Part shown: one piece after another, positions 10,165 to 22,194 of the stretch | How positions within the stretch are numbered: position 1 is the stretch's first letter | How the letters are laid out: every line of letters starts with the position of its first letter | From: Macrostomum lignano | Taxonomy: Eukaryota | Reading direction: 5' to 3' | Assembly (NCBI GenBank): GCA_002269645.1 | Contig: NIVC01004429.1 | Span: 14,990 to 78,989, forward strand | Length of the DNA stretch: 64,000 nucleotides | Position numbers and translations under genes: made by a program | The notes under the pieces: generated by a model | Databases searched by the model: none | What the model was told of the DNA's origin: nothing | Seen by the model: only the letters and a program-made list of their open reading frames with translations

Positions 10165-13080
10165 AAAACATTGTTTTGGCTTAAGTTAAGAAATAAACCT
10201 AACAAAAATGGATTTGATACAGAAAGCTTCAAAGTAATGAACTTAGATCATTTGTATTAATATATTCTGATATTTTGATTCTTCATGGCACTTTTTTCTC
10301 TTTTTACTCAGCTACTATAAATCACAATTTTTGCTAAGAACTTGTATTTGATAAACTTTTCTTATGATCCTATCCCTTTTTAACTAAAATTAATAACAAA
10401 TTAAAGATTTTTTCTTTGTTTTTGGGTAAGTTGCAAAATATTCCTATACTCAGCCAATGCAATAGGTTTAGTTATTTAAATTGATTATTGTTTTTATAGT
10501 TTGAGATCTACTTTTTTATATAATTTTACTTAGTTAGTCCTATCAATAAATAGCTTTTTAACTGCTATTTGTTCAACAAGTATTATTTGCAGAACTTCTG
10601 TAAGGTGCAAATTTATAGTTGCTTTGGTAGGAATAAATTTTTGCAATAGACACTTTAATTATTATGAACCTGAAATGAACAAGTGGGTGCAGTTTAGGTG
10701 AAGTCTCACTATCTATTTTCTTTTTAAGACTTATTTGCACTTTTCACTTTAAGAAATTACACTTTTAGCCTTAAAATTGCACCTTGAAATTAAGCACTAG
10801 GTGCCACTTTGCACCCTGTCTTTGGCAAAAACCCAGGGCACTTCAATGATAATCATTTTGTGTCCTATTAGAATAAATTTAGAAAACCTATAGATATATA
10901 ACATAATATAGCATAAGTGCCAAAAATAATATATTGTAATAGTTAAACTACTATATAACTAACATTAAAAGCATATATAGATTCGAACATGTGCTTTATA
11001 GCCATTACCTTGTCATGCTTTATAAGAGCTATATGTCTAATAAATAAACTTTTACTTTCTTTCTCTTATAATTTCCTTTATCAAGCCTTTAAAAATAAGG
11101 TCTATACCAAAAAGAAGCTTTCTATATATGCCATTTAATGCATTAATAGTTTAGCTCAAAGCCATATAGGCAATAGTTTTATACAAGCCTATAAACAAAT
11201 GTATAAATAATGGCAACTTATATAGGCTCTTTGTACTTGGCATATGTAATAGAATTGTGATTTTTTATTATATACAAAATAATTTCTACTTGTTACACTT
11301 TATGATTTTTTAACTTATGGCATACAATTTTTTGCCTTAAACTATACAAGTTTTTTGGCTTCTGAATTTTACAAGAAACATTTTATCAGTTTTTCCATAC
11401 TAAATTTTATTAAATATCTAAAAGATTAGAATTTTTTTCTTTAATATTAATTTAGTACTCTGTGGCTTTGCTTTTTAATGCAATAACTTTTGTTTTATGT
11501 GTAACAAGTGCATTATGCAACATTTTAAAATGAAATCCCATAAGATTCTTATGATTACAAAAAACCTACATATATAAACCTTTTAATTATACAAGTTTGC
11601 CAAAAATGTGTGCACAAATGCTCAACTATTTATTAACCTAAATGTAACATGTCTAAGATTTTGCACAAAAATTATATCTTGGATTATAGACCTCTTCATT
11701 TTGTTTTATATATGTGTTCTAAGAGAAAGTTCTGGGGGTTTTTAATCTCTATCAATGCCATGTATTTGTTCTAGTGGTCTTTGTTGATTTTGTCATTCTA
11801 GGCCCTACTGCTAACACTAAATTGTGATAGGGAATTCCAGTACTTCTTAAAGTTATAGGAGGGAGGGGGAAATTTTGTATCTATATTGCTATAAAAAGTA
11901 TGCTTGATTAATATTCTGGTAATGTAATTGTCCAAGGGGCAAAATAGTCTAAGTAAAGCTAAATTCAATCTAGGAAGGAGAGAAAAGGCTATGTAGTGGA
12001 CTAGAGTTGCCTGGGAAACAAAGGTGCATAATCATAAAGGGTAATTCTAATAAAGAATGGCAATATGCTTAATGAAGAATTTGATAAGGGTGGGATGCCT
12101 AATAGATAAAAAAGGAAGGATTTATAGCTTAAGGATAAACAAAAGGCCTGATGTCTAGAATGTCTAGAATGGCAAAAGGAGGCAGTATATCTAGAAGATA
12201 GAATGTCTAGTAAAAGGAGAAGCAACATACCTGTCAAATAGGACTAGTAATTGGCAAGGTTAGAGAGGCCCAAGAGGGCCTAAGCAAGATGCTAGGAGAA
12301 AGATCTATATATCTAGGAAAGAAAAGAGCAATATACCCCTAATCAATAGTATATTCTTAGATAAAGAGGCAGAATGTCTCAGAATAAAAAACAATCAGCC
12401 AATTTTATTGTTAGTACTAAGATTGGCTCTTTCTTTTGGAGGCACTTTCAAGCATATTCACAAAGCAATCTGAACAGAATAAGGATACAAGATATTGTTT
12501 TGTATATTTTAGCTATGTATTTAGGTTTAGTTATATAGAGATAAATTGCAAAAATGCCAAAAACTATTTTAATAAGAATTGTTACTGTTTTTATGATAAA
12601 AAGATTGGTACTGTTATATATGCAAATATTACATTACTTATTTATGCATTTAAACTTTTTTATTCAATTTTATGATGCAATTAGATTTAAACTTAAACTA
12701 AAGCTTTGTTGCATAATAATTTTTAGCTCAATTGCAAAATACATTGCAGTTTTTTTACCCTAGGCCTAGGCCCTAGTCTATAGCATTGTATTTCATACTA
12801 TATATTTTAACTTCTAAAGACTCTAAGAATGCAAATTGTTTTCAAGGGAGTGCCTTCTTCTGACCAATAGAATTAAAATTAAAATCTCCTAAGATAACTT
12901 CTATCCCTATTGCAGCCAAGGTCTGTATTGCACCAAATACCTCCCTTTTTATGCCAGCTAATAGTCTAGAGGTTTAGGGTTGTTGTGACAATGCAATAAA
13001 GGACTCTTCATTTTTTGGGGTTGCTGCTACACAATGTACAATTATTTGCTTAAATAGTAGTACATTTTAGTCATGTTTTA
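10165..13080. other. AT-rich, almost CpG-free block, probably decayed repeat or TE DNA
   Basis: Line-by-line reading found one CG (10984) in ~2.9 kb. CTAG, TAGG and CCTA are frequent. Confidence 0.8.
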
Positions 13081-13747
13081 TGCGCATATATTTAGCCTTT
13101 AGGCCTACACAGTGACAGCTTAGGCATAAATTTCAAATTAAGCATTTGATTACAAAATGACATTAAATCCCATATCAATCCCATATCAAAAGCCCATATG
13201 TATGAATTCAGTTTATGTGCGCTGGTCACTGCAGTTTCAAAGAAAAGTAAACTAAAAAGATTTGATTGATAAAACAAAACATTTTTAGTTAAGAAAAGCC
13301 CATATTTTTGTATTAAAGTTTAACAGTATTTTTGCAAAATAAAAATTTTCATTTTTGACTTGCGATACTTATGTAAATTAAATTAAGTGAAAAGAAGAAG
13401 TAAGTTCCGATAAATTGCCACGCCGGGGTGGTTGATTTTCAGCCTTTTAATTTATTGAGTTTCTTTCAAAAGCGTGGGTAGACTCTGCTAAATTTAGGAA
13501 AATAAATGAGCTAAATATTTTCGAAGTAACTCATTCTTTCGATAACTCATTCTTCGCTTTAATTAAATTTTGATCGAAGTACCCGCAGTACATGTTATGT
13601 GTCTGGATGCACCGTCGTGTTGACTCTGCACCTTACATGGTACTTTAATAGCCGCGGAAAAGCACATGGGATTAGATCAACCGATTAAGCTTTCTTTGCT
13701 AGAGAGGAAGCGAAAATGTTAAAGGGGATGTCAACTTAAGCACCAGA

Positions 13748-15440
13748 ATGGAGCCCGAAGTTCAGCTCCGGACCAAACCGACTGCAATCGATAACTTGTC
13801 GGCCCAGACGACTAGAATCGCCGAGACATCCCATCCGGCTCCCTTCCTTGGGGTCCCAGGGGATAAAGGGGATAAAATGGGGATCTCATGTCAACTTAAG
13901 GCTCTGGAATGGAGCCCGAAGTTCAGCTCCGGCCCAAACCGACTGCAATCGATAACTTGTCGGCCCAGACGACTAGAATCGCCGAGACATCCCATCCGGC
14001 TCCCTTCCTTGGGGTCCCAGGGGATAAAGGGGATAAAATGGGGATCTCATGTCAACTTAAGGCTCTGGAATGGAGCCCGAAGTTCAGCTCCGGACCAAAC
14101 CGACTGCAATCGATAACTTGTCGGCCCAGACGACTAGAATCGCCGAGACATCCCATCCGGCTCCCTTCCTTGGGGTCCCAGGGGATAAAGGGGATAAAAT
14201 GGGGATCTCATGTCAACTTAAGGCTCTGGAATGGAGCCCGAAGTTCAGCTCCGGCCCAAACCGACTGCAATCGATAACTTGTCGGCCCAGACGACTAGAA
14301 TCGCCGAGACATCCCATCCGGCTCCCTTCCTTGGGGTCCCAGGGGATAAAGGGGATAAAATGGGGATCTCATGTCAACTTAAGGCTCTGGAATGGAGCCC
14401 GAAGTTCAGCTCCGGACCAAACCGACTGCAATCGATAACTTGTCGGCCCAGACGACTAGAATCGCCGAGACATCCCATCCGGCTCCCTTCCTTGGGGTCC
14501 CAGGGGATAAAGGGGATAAAATGGGGATCTCATGTCAACTTAAGGCTCTGGAATGGAGCCCGAAGTTCAGCTCCGGACCAAACCGACTGAAATCGATAAC
14601 TTGTCGGCCCAGACGACTAGAATCGCCGAGACATCCCATCCGGCTCCCTTCCTTGGGGTCCCAGGGATAAAGGGGATAAAATGGGGATCTCATGTCAACT
14701 TAAGGCTCTGGAATGGAGCCCGAAGTTCAGCTCCGGACCAAACCGACTGCAATCGATAACTTGTCGGCCCAGACGACTAGAATCGCAGAGACATCCCATC
14801 CGGCTCCCTTCCTTGGGGTCCCAGGGGATAAAGGGGATAAAATGGGGATCTCATGTCAACTTAAGGCTCTGGAATGGAGCCCGAAGTTCAGCTCCGGCCC
14901 AAACCGACTGCAATCGATAACTTGTCGGCCCAGACGACTAGAATCGCCGAGACATCCCATCCGGCTCCCTTCCTTGGGGTCCCAGGGGATAAAGGGGATA
15001 AAATGGGGATCTCATGTCAACTTAAGGCTCTGGAATGGAGCCCGAAGTTCAGCTCCGGACCAAACCGACTGCAATCGATAACTTGTCGGCCCAGACGACT
15101 AGAATCGCCGAGACATCCCATCCGGCTCCCTTCCTTGGGGTCCCAGGGGATAAAGGGGATAAAATGGGGATCTCATGTCAACTTAAGGCTCTGGAATGGA
15201 GCCCGAAGTTCAGCTCCGGACCAAACCGACTGCAATCGATAACTTGTCGGCCCAGACGACTAGAATCGCCGAGACATCCCATCCGGCTCCCATCCTTGGG
15301 GTCCCAGGGGATAAAGGGGATAAAATGGGGATCTCATGTCAACTTAAGGCTCTGGAATGGAGCCCGAAGTTCAGCTCCGGACCAAACCGACTGAAATCGA
15401 TAACTTGTCGGCCCAGACGACTAGAATCACCGAGACATCC
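13748..15440 (+). repeat. Left arm: 161-bp tandem array, 10 full units and 1 partial
   Basis: ORF starts recur every 161 nt (one 160-nt step). Units are nearly identical. Confidence 0.97.
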
Positions 15441-16443
15441 GCTGTGCCACTATGTTCCGCTATGTGCTACTTTGCTGCCATTAAGCAGGACAAATGTGTT
15501 AACGAGAGGCACAAACCGTATCAGTGGCTGCCGTCAGCCGGCTTCAGTGAGCCCAGCCGATTAGACGTTGTTATCGAGCCTCGATGGCAAAGTACAACCG
15601 GGCGCATCCAGGTTTTGAATCATTTAAACAGCTCCACCGTCATGGACAGGGCTATCGTTGTTCGAATTCGGTCAGAATTTCATGCGCCGAGTGCCAACGA
15701 ACTGAACGAAATTGAGCAGCTGCACTTCAACTGTGATCTGAAGCGTGCCCCCCTGCTAACACAAGGGCATGGATTGCCGTCAACCCGCTGGATCCAAAAG
15801 CTCGGGGTTCCCCCGAATTCACACAGTGAATTTGTCAGAGGTTTCGGTGGATCCGTATCAACTAAATCAAGCCGATTATTACATTCAAAACATTCGTGTC
15901 AAGGAGGTTCTCGATAGCTACGAAGGTGACTCCTGGAGAGACTTTGAGTTACACATCCAAGCCGCCGGGAGTGTTGGAAGTTTCGGCAAGCGACGCCGCT
16001 AGAAAACTGGAGCAACCGATTCGGTCGGTGGCATCCGTCTTGATTTTTCTTGATTTGATTTTGTCGTTTTCTCGCGCCATAATTCAAAATCCTACCGCGT
16101 GATTCTTAGAGTGTGTGACAGCAGCGGACAATCGCTTTGGTTTTAGAGATCCAGGATTGCAACTTCTTCCTGGCTTCTACTCGTCAGCAAAAGCAGGAAG
16201 TAGGACTGCAGGCTGCGATTGTCATGTACGAGCGTAATGGCAGTGCTCAAACTCCTGGGCTGCTACGCTTACCACCAAGATACATATGTAGCTATCGAAG
16301 GTCTGGTGCCGGCCTTCGCTTTGTTGATTTCGCTCTTCCACGCAGCCTTGTTGCCAGACTTTATGCTAGAGAAAACGCATTACCACAGCAGCGAAAGCCT
16401 ACTGAGCAACAGTTTAGGGGCCAGCGAGAGGAGTTTCAGTCAG
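15441..16443 (+). pseudogene. Central ~1-kb cargo of the foldback element; possible degenerate Gypsy gag-like fragment
   Basis: VLDSYEGDSWRDFELHIQAA..(frameshift)..SDAARKLEQPIRSVASVL loosely resembles the F/Y-D-G..W.D-Y/F..H-F..A..GW....K...L..L-R-G.A..VL gag pattern. Judged by eye only. Confidence 0.3.
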
Positions 16444-18480
16444 CCCAAGGAAGGGAGCCGGATGGGATGTCTCTGCGATTCTAGTCGTCTGGGCCGACAA
16501 GTTATCGATTGCAGTCGGTTTGGTCCGGAGCTGAACTTCGGGCTCCATTCCAGAGCCTTAAGTTGACATGAGATCCCCATTTTATCCCCTTTATCCCCTG
16601 GGACCCCAAGGAAGGGAGCCGGATGGGATGTCTCGGCGATTCTAGTCGTCTGGGCCGACAAGTTATCGATTTCAGTCGGTTTGGTCCGGAGCTGAACTTC
16701 GGGCTCCATTCCAGAGCCTTAAGTTGACATGAGATCCCCATTTTATCCCCTTTATCCCCTGGGACCCCAAGGAAGGGAGCCGGATGGGATGTCTCGGCGA
16801 TTCTAGTCGTCTGGGCCGACAAGTTATCGATTGCAGTCGGTTTGGTCCGGAGCTGAACTTCGGGCTCCATTCCAGAGCCTTAAGTTGACATGAGATCCCC
16901 ATTTTATCCCCTTTATCCCCTGGGACCCCAAGGAAGGGAGCCGGATGGGATGTCTCGGCGATTCTAGTCGTCTGGGCCGACAAGTTATCGATTGCAGTCG
17001 GTTTGGGCCGGAGCTGAACTTCGGGCTCCATTCCAGAGCCTTAAGTTGACATGAGATCCCCATTTTATCCCCTTTATCCCCTGGGACCCCAAGGAAGGGA
17101 GCCGGATGGGATGTCTCGGCGATTCTAGTCGTCTGGGCCGACAAGTTATCGATTGCAGTCGGTTTGGTCCGGAGCTGAACTTCGGGCTCCATTCCAGAGC
17201 CTTAAGTTGACATGAGATCCCCATTTTATCCCCTTTATCCCCTGGGACCCCAAGGAAGGGAGCCGGATGGGATGTCTCGGCGATTCTAGTCGTCTGGGCC
17301 GACAAGTTATCGATTGCAGTCGGTTTGGGCCGGAGCTGAACTTCGGGCTCCATTCCAGAGCCTTAAGTTGACATGAGATCCCCATTTTATCCCCTTTATC
17401 CCCTGGGACCCCAAGGAAGGGAGCCGGATGGGATGTCTCGGCGATTCTAGTCGTCTGGGCCGACAAGTTATCGATTGCAGTCGGTTTGGTCCGGAGCTGA
17501 ACTTCGGGCTCCATTCCAGAGCATTAAGTTGACATGAGATCCCCATTTTATCCCCTTTATCCCCTGGGACCCCAAGGAAGGGAGCCGGATGGGATGTCTC
17601 GGTGATTCTAGTCGTCTGGGCCGACAAGTTATCGATTGCAGTCGGTTTGGGCCGGAGCTGAACTTCGGGCTCCATTCCAGAGCCTTAAGTTGACATGAGA
17701 TCCCCATTTTATCCCCTTTATCCCCTGGGACCCCAAGGAAGGGAGCCGGATGGGATGTCTCGGCGATTCTAGTCGTCTGGGCCGACAAGTTATCGATTGC
17801 AGTCGGTTTGGGCCGGAGCTGAACTTCGGGCTCCATTCCAGAGCCTTAAGTTGACATGAGATCCCCATTTTATCCCCTTTATCCCCTGGGACCCCAAGGA
17901 AGGGAGCCGGATGGGATGTCTCGGCGATTCTAGTCGTCTGGGCCGACAAGTTATCGATTGCAGTCGGTTTGGGCCGGAGCTGAACTTCGGGCTCCATTCC
18001 AGAGCCTTAAGTTGACATGAGATCCCCATTTTATCCCCTTTATCCCCTGGGACCCCAAGGAAGGGAGCCGGATGGGATGTCTCGGCGATTCTAGTCGTCT
18101 GGGCCGACAAGTTATCGATTGCAGTCGGTTTGGTCCGGAGCTGAACTTCGGGCTCCATTCCAGAGCCTTAAGTTGACATGAGATCCCCATTTTATCCCCT
18201 TTATCCCCTGGGACCCCAAGGAAGGGAGCCGGATGGGATGTCTCGGCGATTCTAGTCGTCTGGGCCGACAAGTTATCGATTGCAGTCGGTTTGGGCCGGA
18301 GCTGAACTTCGGGCTCCATTCCAGAGCCTTAAGTTGACATGAGATCCCCATTTTATCCCCTTTATCCCCTGGGACCCCAAGGAAGGGAGCCGGATGGGAT
18401 GTCTCGGCGATTCTAGTCGTCTGGGCCGACAAGTTATCGATTGCAGTCGGTTTGGTCCGGAGCTGAACTTCGGGCTCCAT
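16444..18480 (-). repeat. Right arm: the same 161-bp unit inverted, 12 full units and 1 partial
   Basis: Reverse complement of the left-arm unit with a 161-nt period. Confidence 0.97.
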
Positions 18481-19685
18481 TCTGGTGCTTAAGTTGACAT
18501 CCCCTTTGTCATGAAACATTTTGTCATATGTAATTGTTGTTCACATTGTTTTTTATTTTATATAAGATCAAAAGTTGTAAATACTCACAAGTGGCATTAG
18601 CTTTAGAATTATTGATTTAGAAAACTGCGGCATTTGTAGGTAAAGTCTTAATAAAGTCCTAAAGTCCTAGTTTGAATTTTGCTTCCGCAAGCATCTTTAA
18701 CTGCATTCTATATTTAGACGTAATCAGACGTTGATCGTGGGTTGAATTTTAATATTCCATGAACCTGCAGCACGTTCTTCTCAATGTACGCCCTCGCTGC
18801 ATTGTGTGATCGCACTTACAATGATTTAGGTAACCCTTACATCTAAATGTAGTCTCGACGACAGAATTCAACCTCTGTCAATGCATCCATGTATATAGAG
18901 TAAGCAATCGCCTTGGAAGCGATGACGCTGAGTGCACAAGCCAGAAAAGCGTAGTATATAGTGTATTTTTATACACATCTATATTTTTTTCTAATTTTTA
19001 GCGACCCAAACCGGAAAATGTGCCAGACTCTAGAACTTTGCCTCCTATAACAGCTATAGCTTAGGCATGACTTCGTGCGGTCAATGTGAGCACTGTATGC
19101 GGTGCATTTACACTGAGCAAATATACGACTCCCCAATTGCTGAACTATGATAGCGGAGCAGTTGCCAATAATCCTGCCTGCATGGAGATTCGAGAGTTCA
19201 AGGCATGGAGATGTCCCCTGCCTACCTAACTACCTCACTATCCTGATTGCCTGTCGAGAAGAGAACGTAGGTTCACCTTTTTTTAGCTGAGCTGCCTGGT
19301 GTGTGTGCACTCTTGTCCAAGCTGTCAAGTTTGCTATCAAGCCATGCAGCCTGACAAGTTAGCAGACATGCGAATATAAGTTTATAATATATTGAATAGT
19401 ATTGCACGTGTAGCAGTGGGCTTAAACACGAGAAATTTACCTTGGATTAAAACTTAAGCTATGGTATGCCTTTCTGAGGGAGCAACGTAGATAGCTAGCT
19501 AGATAGATAGCCACGTACAGGTAAATCTAACAAATCCATGTTAAATACGTTTGTAGACAGGAGCCTTGGAGACAAGTATTGAAATAATGAAAGATGACTG
19601 ACAACCGATAAATTAAAAATATCCATATGCTAACATATTAATATCAAGGATGCTAATATAAACCTACATATGTATACACAGGTCG

Positions 19686-19875
19686 GGGGGCATAGCCTGT
19701 AGTGTGGTCTGTCGCGGTGCTCTGGTGTGCCAGAGGCCCAGGCTCGATTCCAAGTGCAGTCACATTAATTTTGGCTTGATTGGAATCTCGGCTTGGCTCT
19801 GCTCGTGCAATTGACGGCCTTGAGGACCAACCCCAAGGCACAGTGAAGTGTACATGCCTAACGATAAATAAAGTT
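19686..19875 (+). mobile_element. Probable tRNA-derived SINE (degenerate tRNA-like head plus a short body)
   Basis: GGGGGCATAGCCTGTAGTGTGG (A-box-like), hairpin CTCTGG-TGTG-CCAGAG, and GGCTCGATTCC (B-box, one mismatch). Acceptor and T stems are broken. Confidence 0.4.
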
Positions 19876-22194
19876 AGGGCCGCTGTACACTCCTGTGTGA
19901 GTGTGTGCCTGTGCGTATGACTGCGCAAGTATCAGCGCTCTTGTATGCCACATCATCCACGCCGAGTCGTACTGCCCACAGCCGGTGCAGGATCGATGCT
20001 GCTGCTGACGCTGCAGGCATCCTACCGGTGGGTGCAGGCCCGCACTCAGCGCATCGTCGATTGCCTGCTGGCTGACGCCGGCGCCCAGGATGCGGCCGGC
20101 GGCGTGGCGTTCGTTCGCGACCCGGCCCTGAGGCGCGCCCTGTGACGCTGTTGTATTTTGTTGTTGTTGTTGTCGTTGTGTGCCTGCTCAGGGGAGTGGG
20201 CGAAATGGGCTGTCAATGCCTCTCGACGGCTGTGTGACGCTGTCGCACGCCGCTAAACATTCTACTGAAGGACTGTGGCAACAGAACGAGGGCACGATTG
20301 AATTGGCTTAGCTTAGAATGTTTCTAAGACTCGGAATTTGACAAATATCTTTCAATGGCCGAGACAGGTCCTCTAAAGACAGCCTCTCGCTAGGGGTTGG
20401 CTCAAAAAAAAACGAAGAAAAGTCAAAGAGACTGAATAGTCTGACATCTGCGGTCTTCGTTCTATCCTTTCAAGTTTTTTTACTCAAAGTCGAAGAGGAA
20501 GAGAGAAAAAGAAGGGGCAGGAGAGCGTTCAGGGTCAGTCCGAGGTTCGGTCGGATAAAACACTCCTCGCCCAGGTGGCATCATATAGCTAGAGTAAAAT
20601 TGGAGCACCTATCGTGACCGTGTGTAGAGCTGAGACAGAAAGTTGAGACCCCGGGCGCGCGGCTACTCAGATATTCGCTACTCAGATCTATAACAGTCTC
20701 CGCTCGATCCCAGCCGCCTTTGAGCACAGGGGAGAAACGAGAATTAAGGAAAAGGGAGAAGGGAGGGAGGGAGAGAGAGTTGCAGTGCGGGCTGCTTCAT
20801 GCGGATCGAGGCCGGCAGATCACGCAACTGAGAGCGATCTGAGAGAAAAGCGGCTAAAAAGAAAGGATTGAAATTGGAGCCATTTACCCCTATAGCGACC
20901 ACCGCCTCCGCCCTAGCAACCTTCTCTTCCCTTTTCTTCTTCTGCCTGAGGAGTCTTTGGCAATCCGAAGACAGACGGCAGGAAGACTCGGTAGCAAAAG
21001 ACGCCATAAAAGACGAAGATTCCCTCACAGCGTGGATAGGCCTGTATGGCCTCTAAAATTTAACTACCAAGTAAAACAAAAGGAAAGGGAAGGAATATTT
21101 CCTCCTCATAGCTACTACATCCATAAATGCAGGCACTCTAGGCTACCTTTTCAATTGGTATTAATTCTAAGAATTGTTCCCCTAAGCAGACGGCATCCCC
21201 TCCCCCAGTTCCCTGACCGATCCCTACAGCGAAGCGGGTGAGCAGATAATTCTCCCTTCTCCTCTCCCCTCCGTTGACCTATGCAAAAAAACGGTATTGA
21301 ATCCCAGAGAGCCAATTTCTGGCCGCGCGGACGCTTTAAGTCCCCCCAGGAGGCTTTCCAGACCTTTTTTAGAGTCTGTCTGAAATCGAAGCGCTGGCTC
21401 TGGTCCTCATCAGAGTGGGCATGAGCGCGGGGCAGGGGGGAGCGATATAATGCGCCTGAAATCCGATTTCGATCCTTTGCATTTTTGCCGACTCAATCGA
21501 GCCAAGCTCTGTGCTCTTCTCTGCTCTGACTGTCTAGCATTTTTTATCTCATTCTCGGGTCATTTTATTCCCGGGTCCTGCGCAAAAAACGGGCATTCAA
21601 CATTTATGCTGTTTGGAAGACGGCAACAAAATGAAATTATCTGATAGCCATGGGGCAACGCGTCAAGCAAATGCAGAATTAAATATTGTTGAGCACAATA
21701 CGGCACTAATGATGGTAGGAGAGATGGCCGGCTTCTCCTAAATGCAATATTGATTGACGGAACAAAATCACAGGGCACGCAGGGCCTGTTAAATTTGCAA
21801 TTTCTCTTACCTTTGGGAATTCAATGCCTTGCCCAAACTTATAAAATTTTTGTCTATCTAGAAAAAAATAGAAGAAACCTTGGGCTAAAGACTCAAGCCT
21901 AGTATCGCGTTCCAAGGCGGATTCTGTCGCCTTAAAAGGCTTGCATTGACTTAAGCAAAGCTTTTAATTAAACCTAAGTATTTCCTCCGGCTGGTTCTGC
22001 GCCATCCCATCAGTGGAAGTCGTAGTTTATGATGCCTTGCAGTCTCATATTTGATTATAATGATCTCTTTCAATGCGAGATCCGCAGTCTCAGAAAGCTT
22101 TACAATACATAAAATATATAGATACAGACCTTGCATGCAGAACTATAATCCTCTCTCAGTCTTCTCTCTTCTCTCAGCTTCGGTCCCTTTCCCC

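Larger units (their letters stand above)
13723..18505. mobile_element. Foldback-type non-autonomous DNA transposon with long internally repetitive TIRs (Kolobok/T2-MITE-like termini)
   Basis: Both ends share the inverted terminus AGGGGATGTCAACTTAAGCACCAGAATGGAGCCC, which differs from the internal unit. Left flank is TTAA|AGGGG; right is CCCCT|TTGT, so the TSD is imperfect. No transposase is present. Confidence 0.75.

Noticed and set aside
10165-13080. Fungal-type RIP as the cause of the CpG void
   Set aside because: CpA and TpG remain common, the loss is CpG-specific, and the DNA is animal.
13748-18480. 161-bp arrays as a CRISPR array, or as ~25 copies of a 122-aa gene
   Set aside because: There are no unique spacers and no cas genes, and the context is eukaryotic. 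The ORFs are overlapping translations of a unit whose length is not a multiple of 3.
19065-19230. Short Cys-rich peptides (MTSCGQCEHCMRC...)
   Set aside because: Under 30 codons per frame, with no splice support or recognisable family.
19686-19762. Functional tRNA gene
   Set aside because: Acceptor and T stems do not pair and the anticodon loop is not 7 nt. It is kept only as a possible SINE head.
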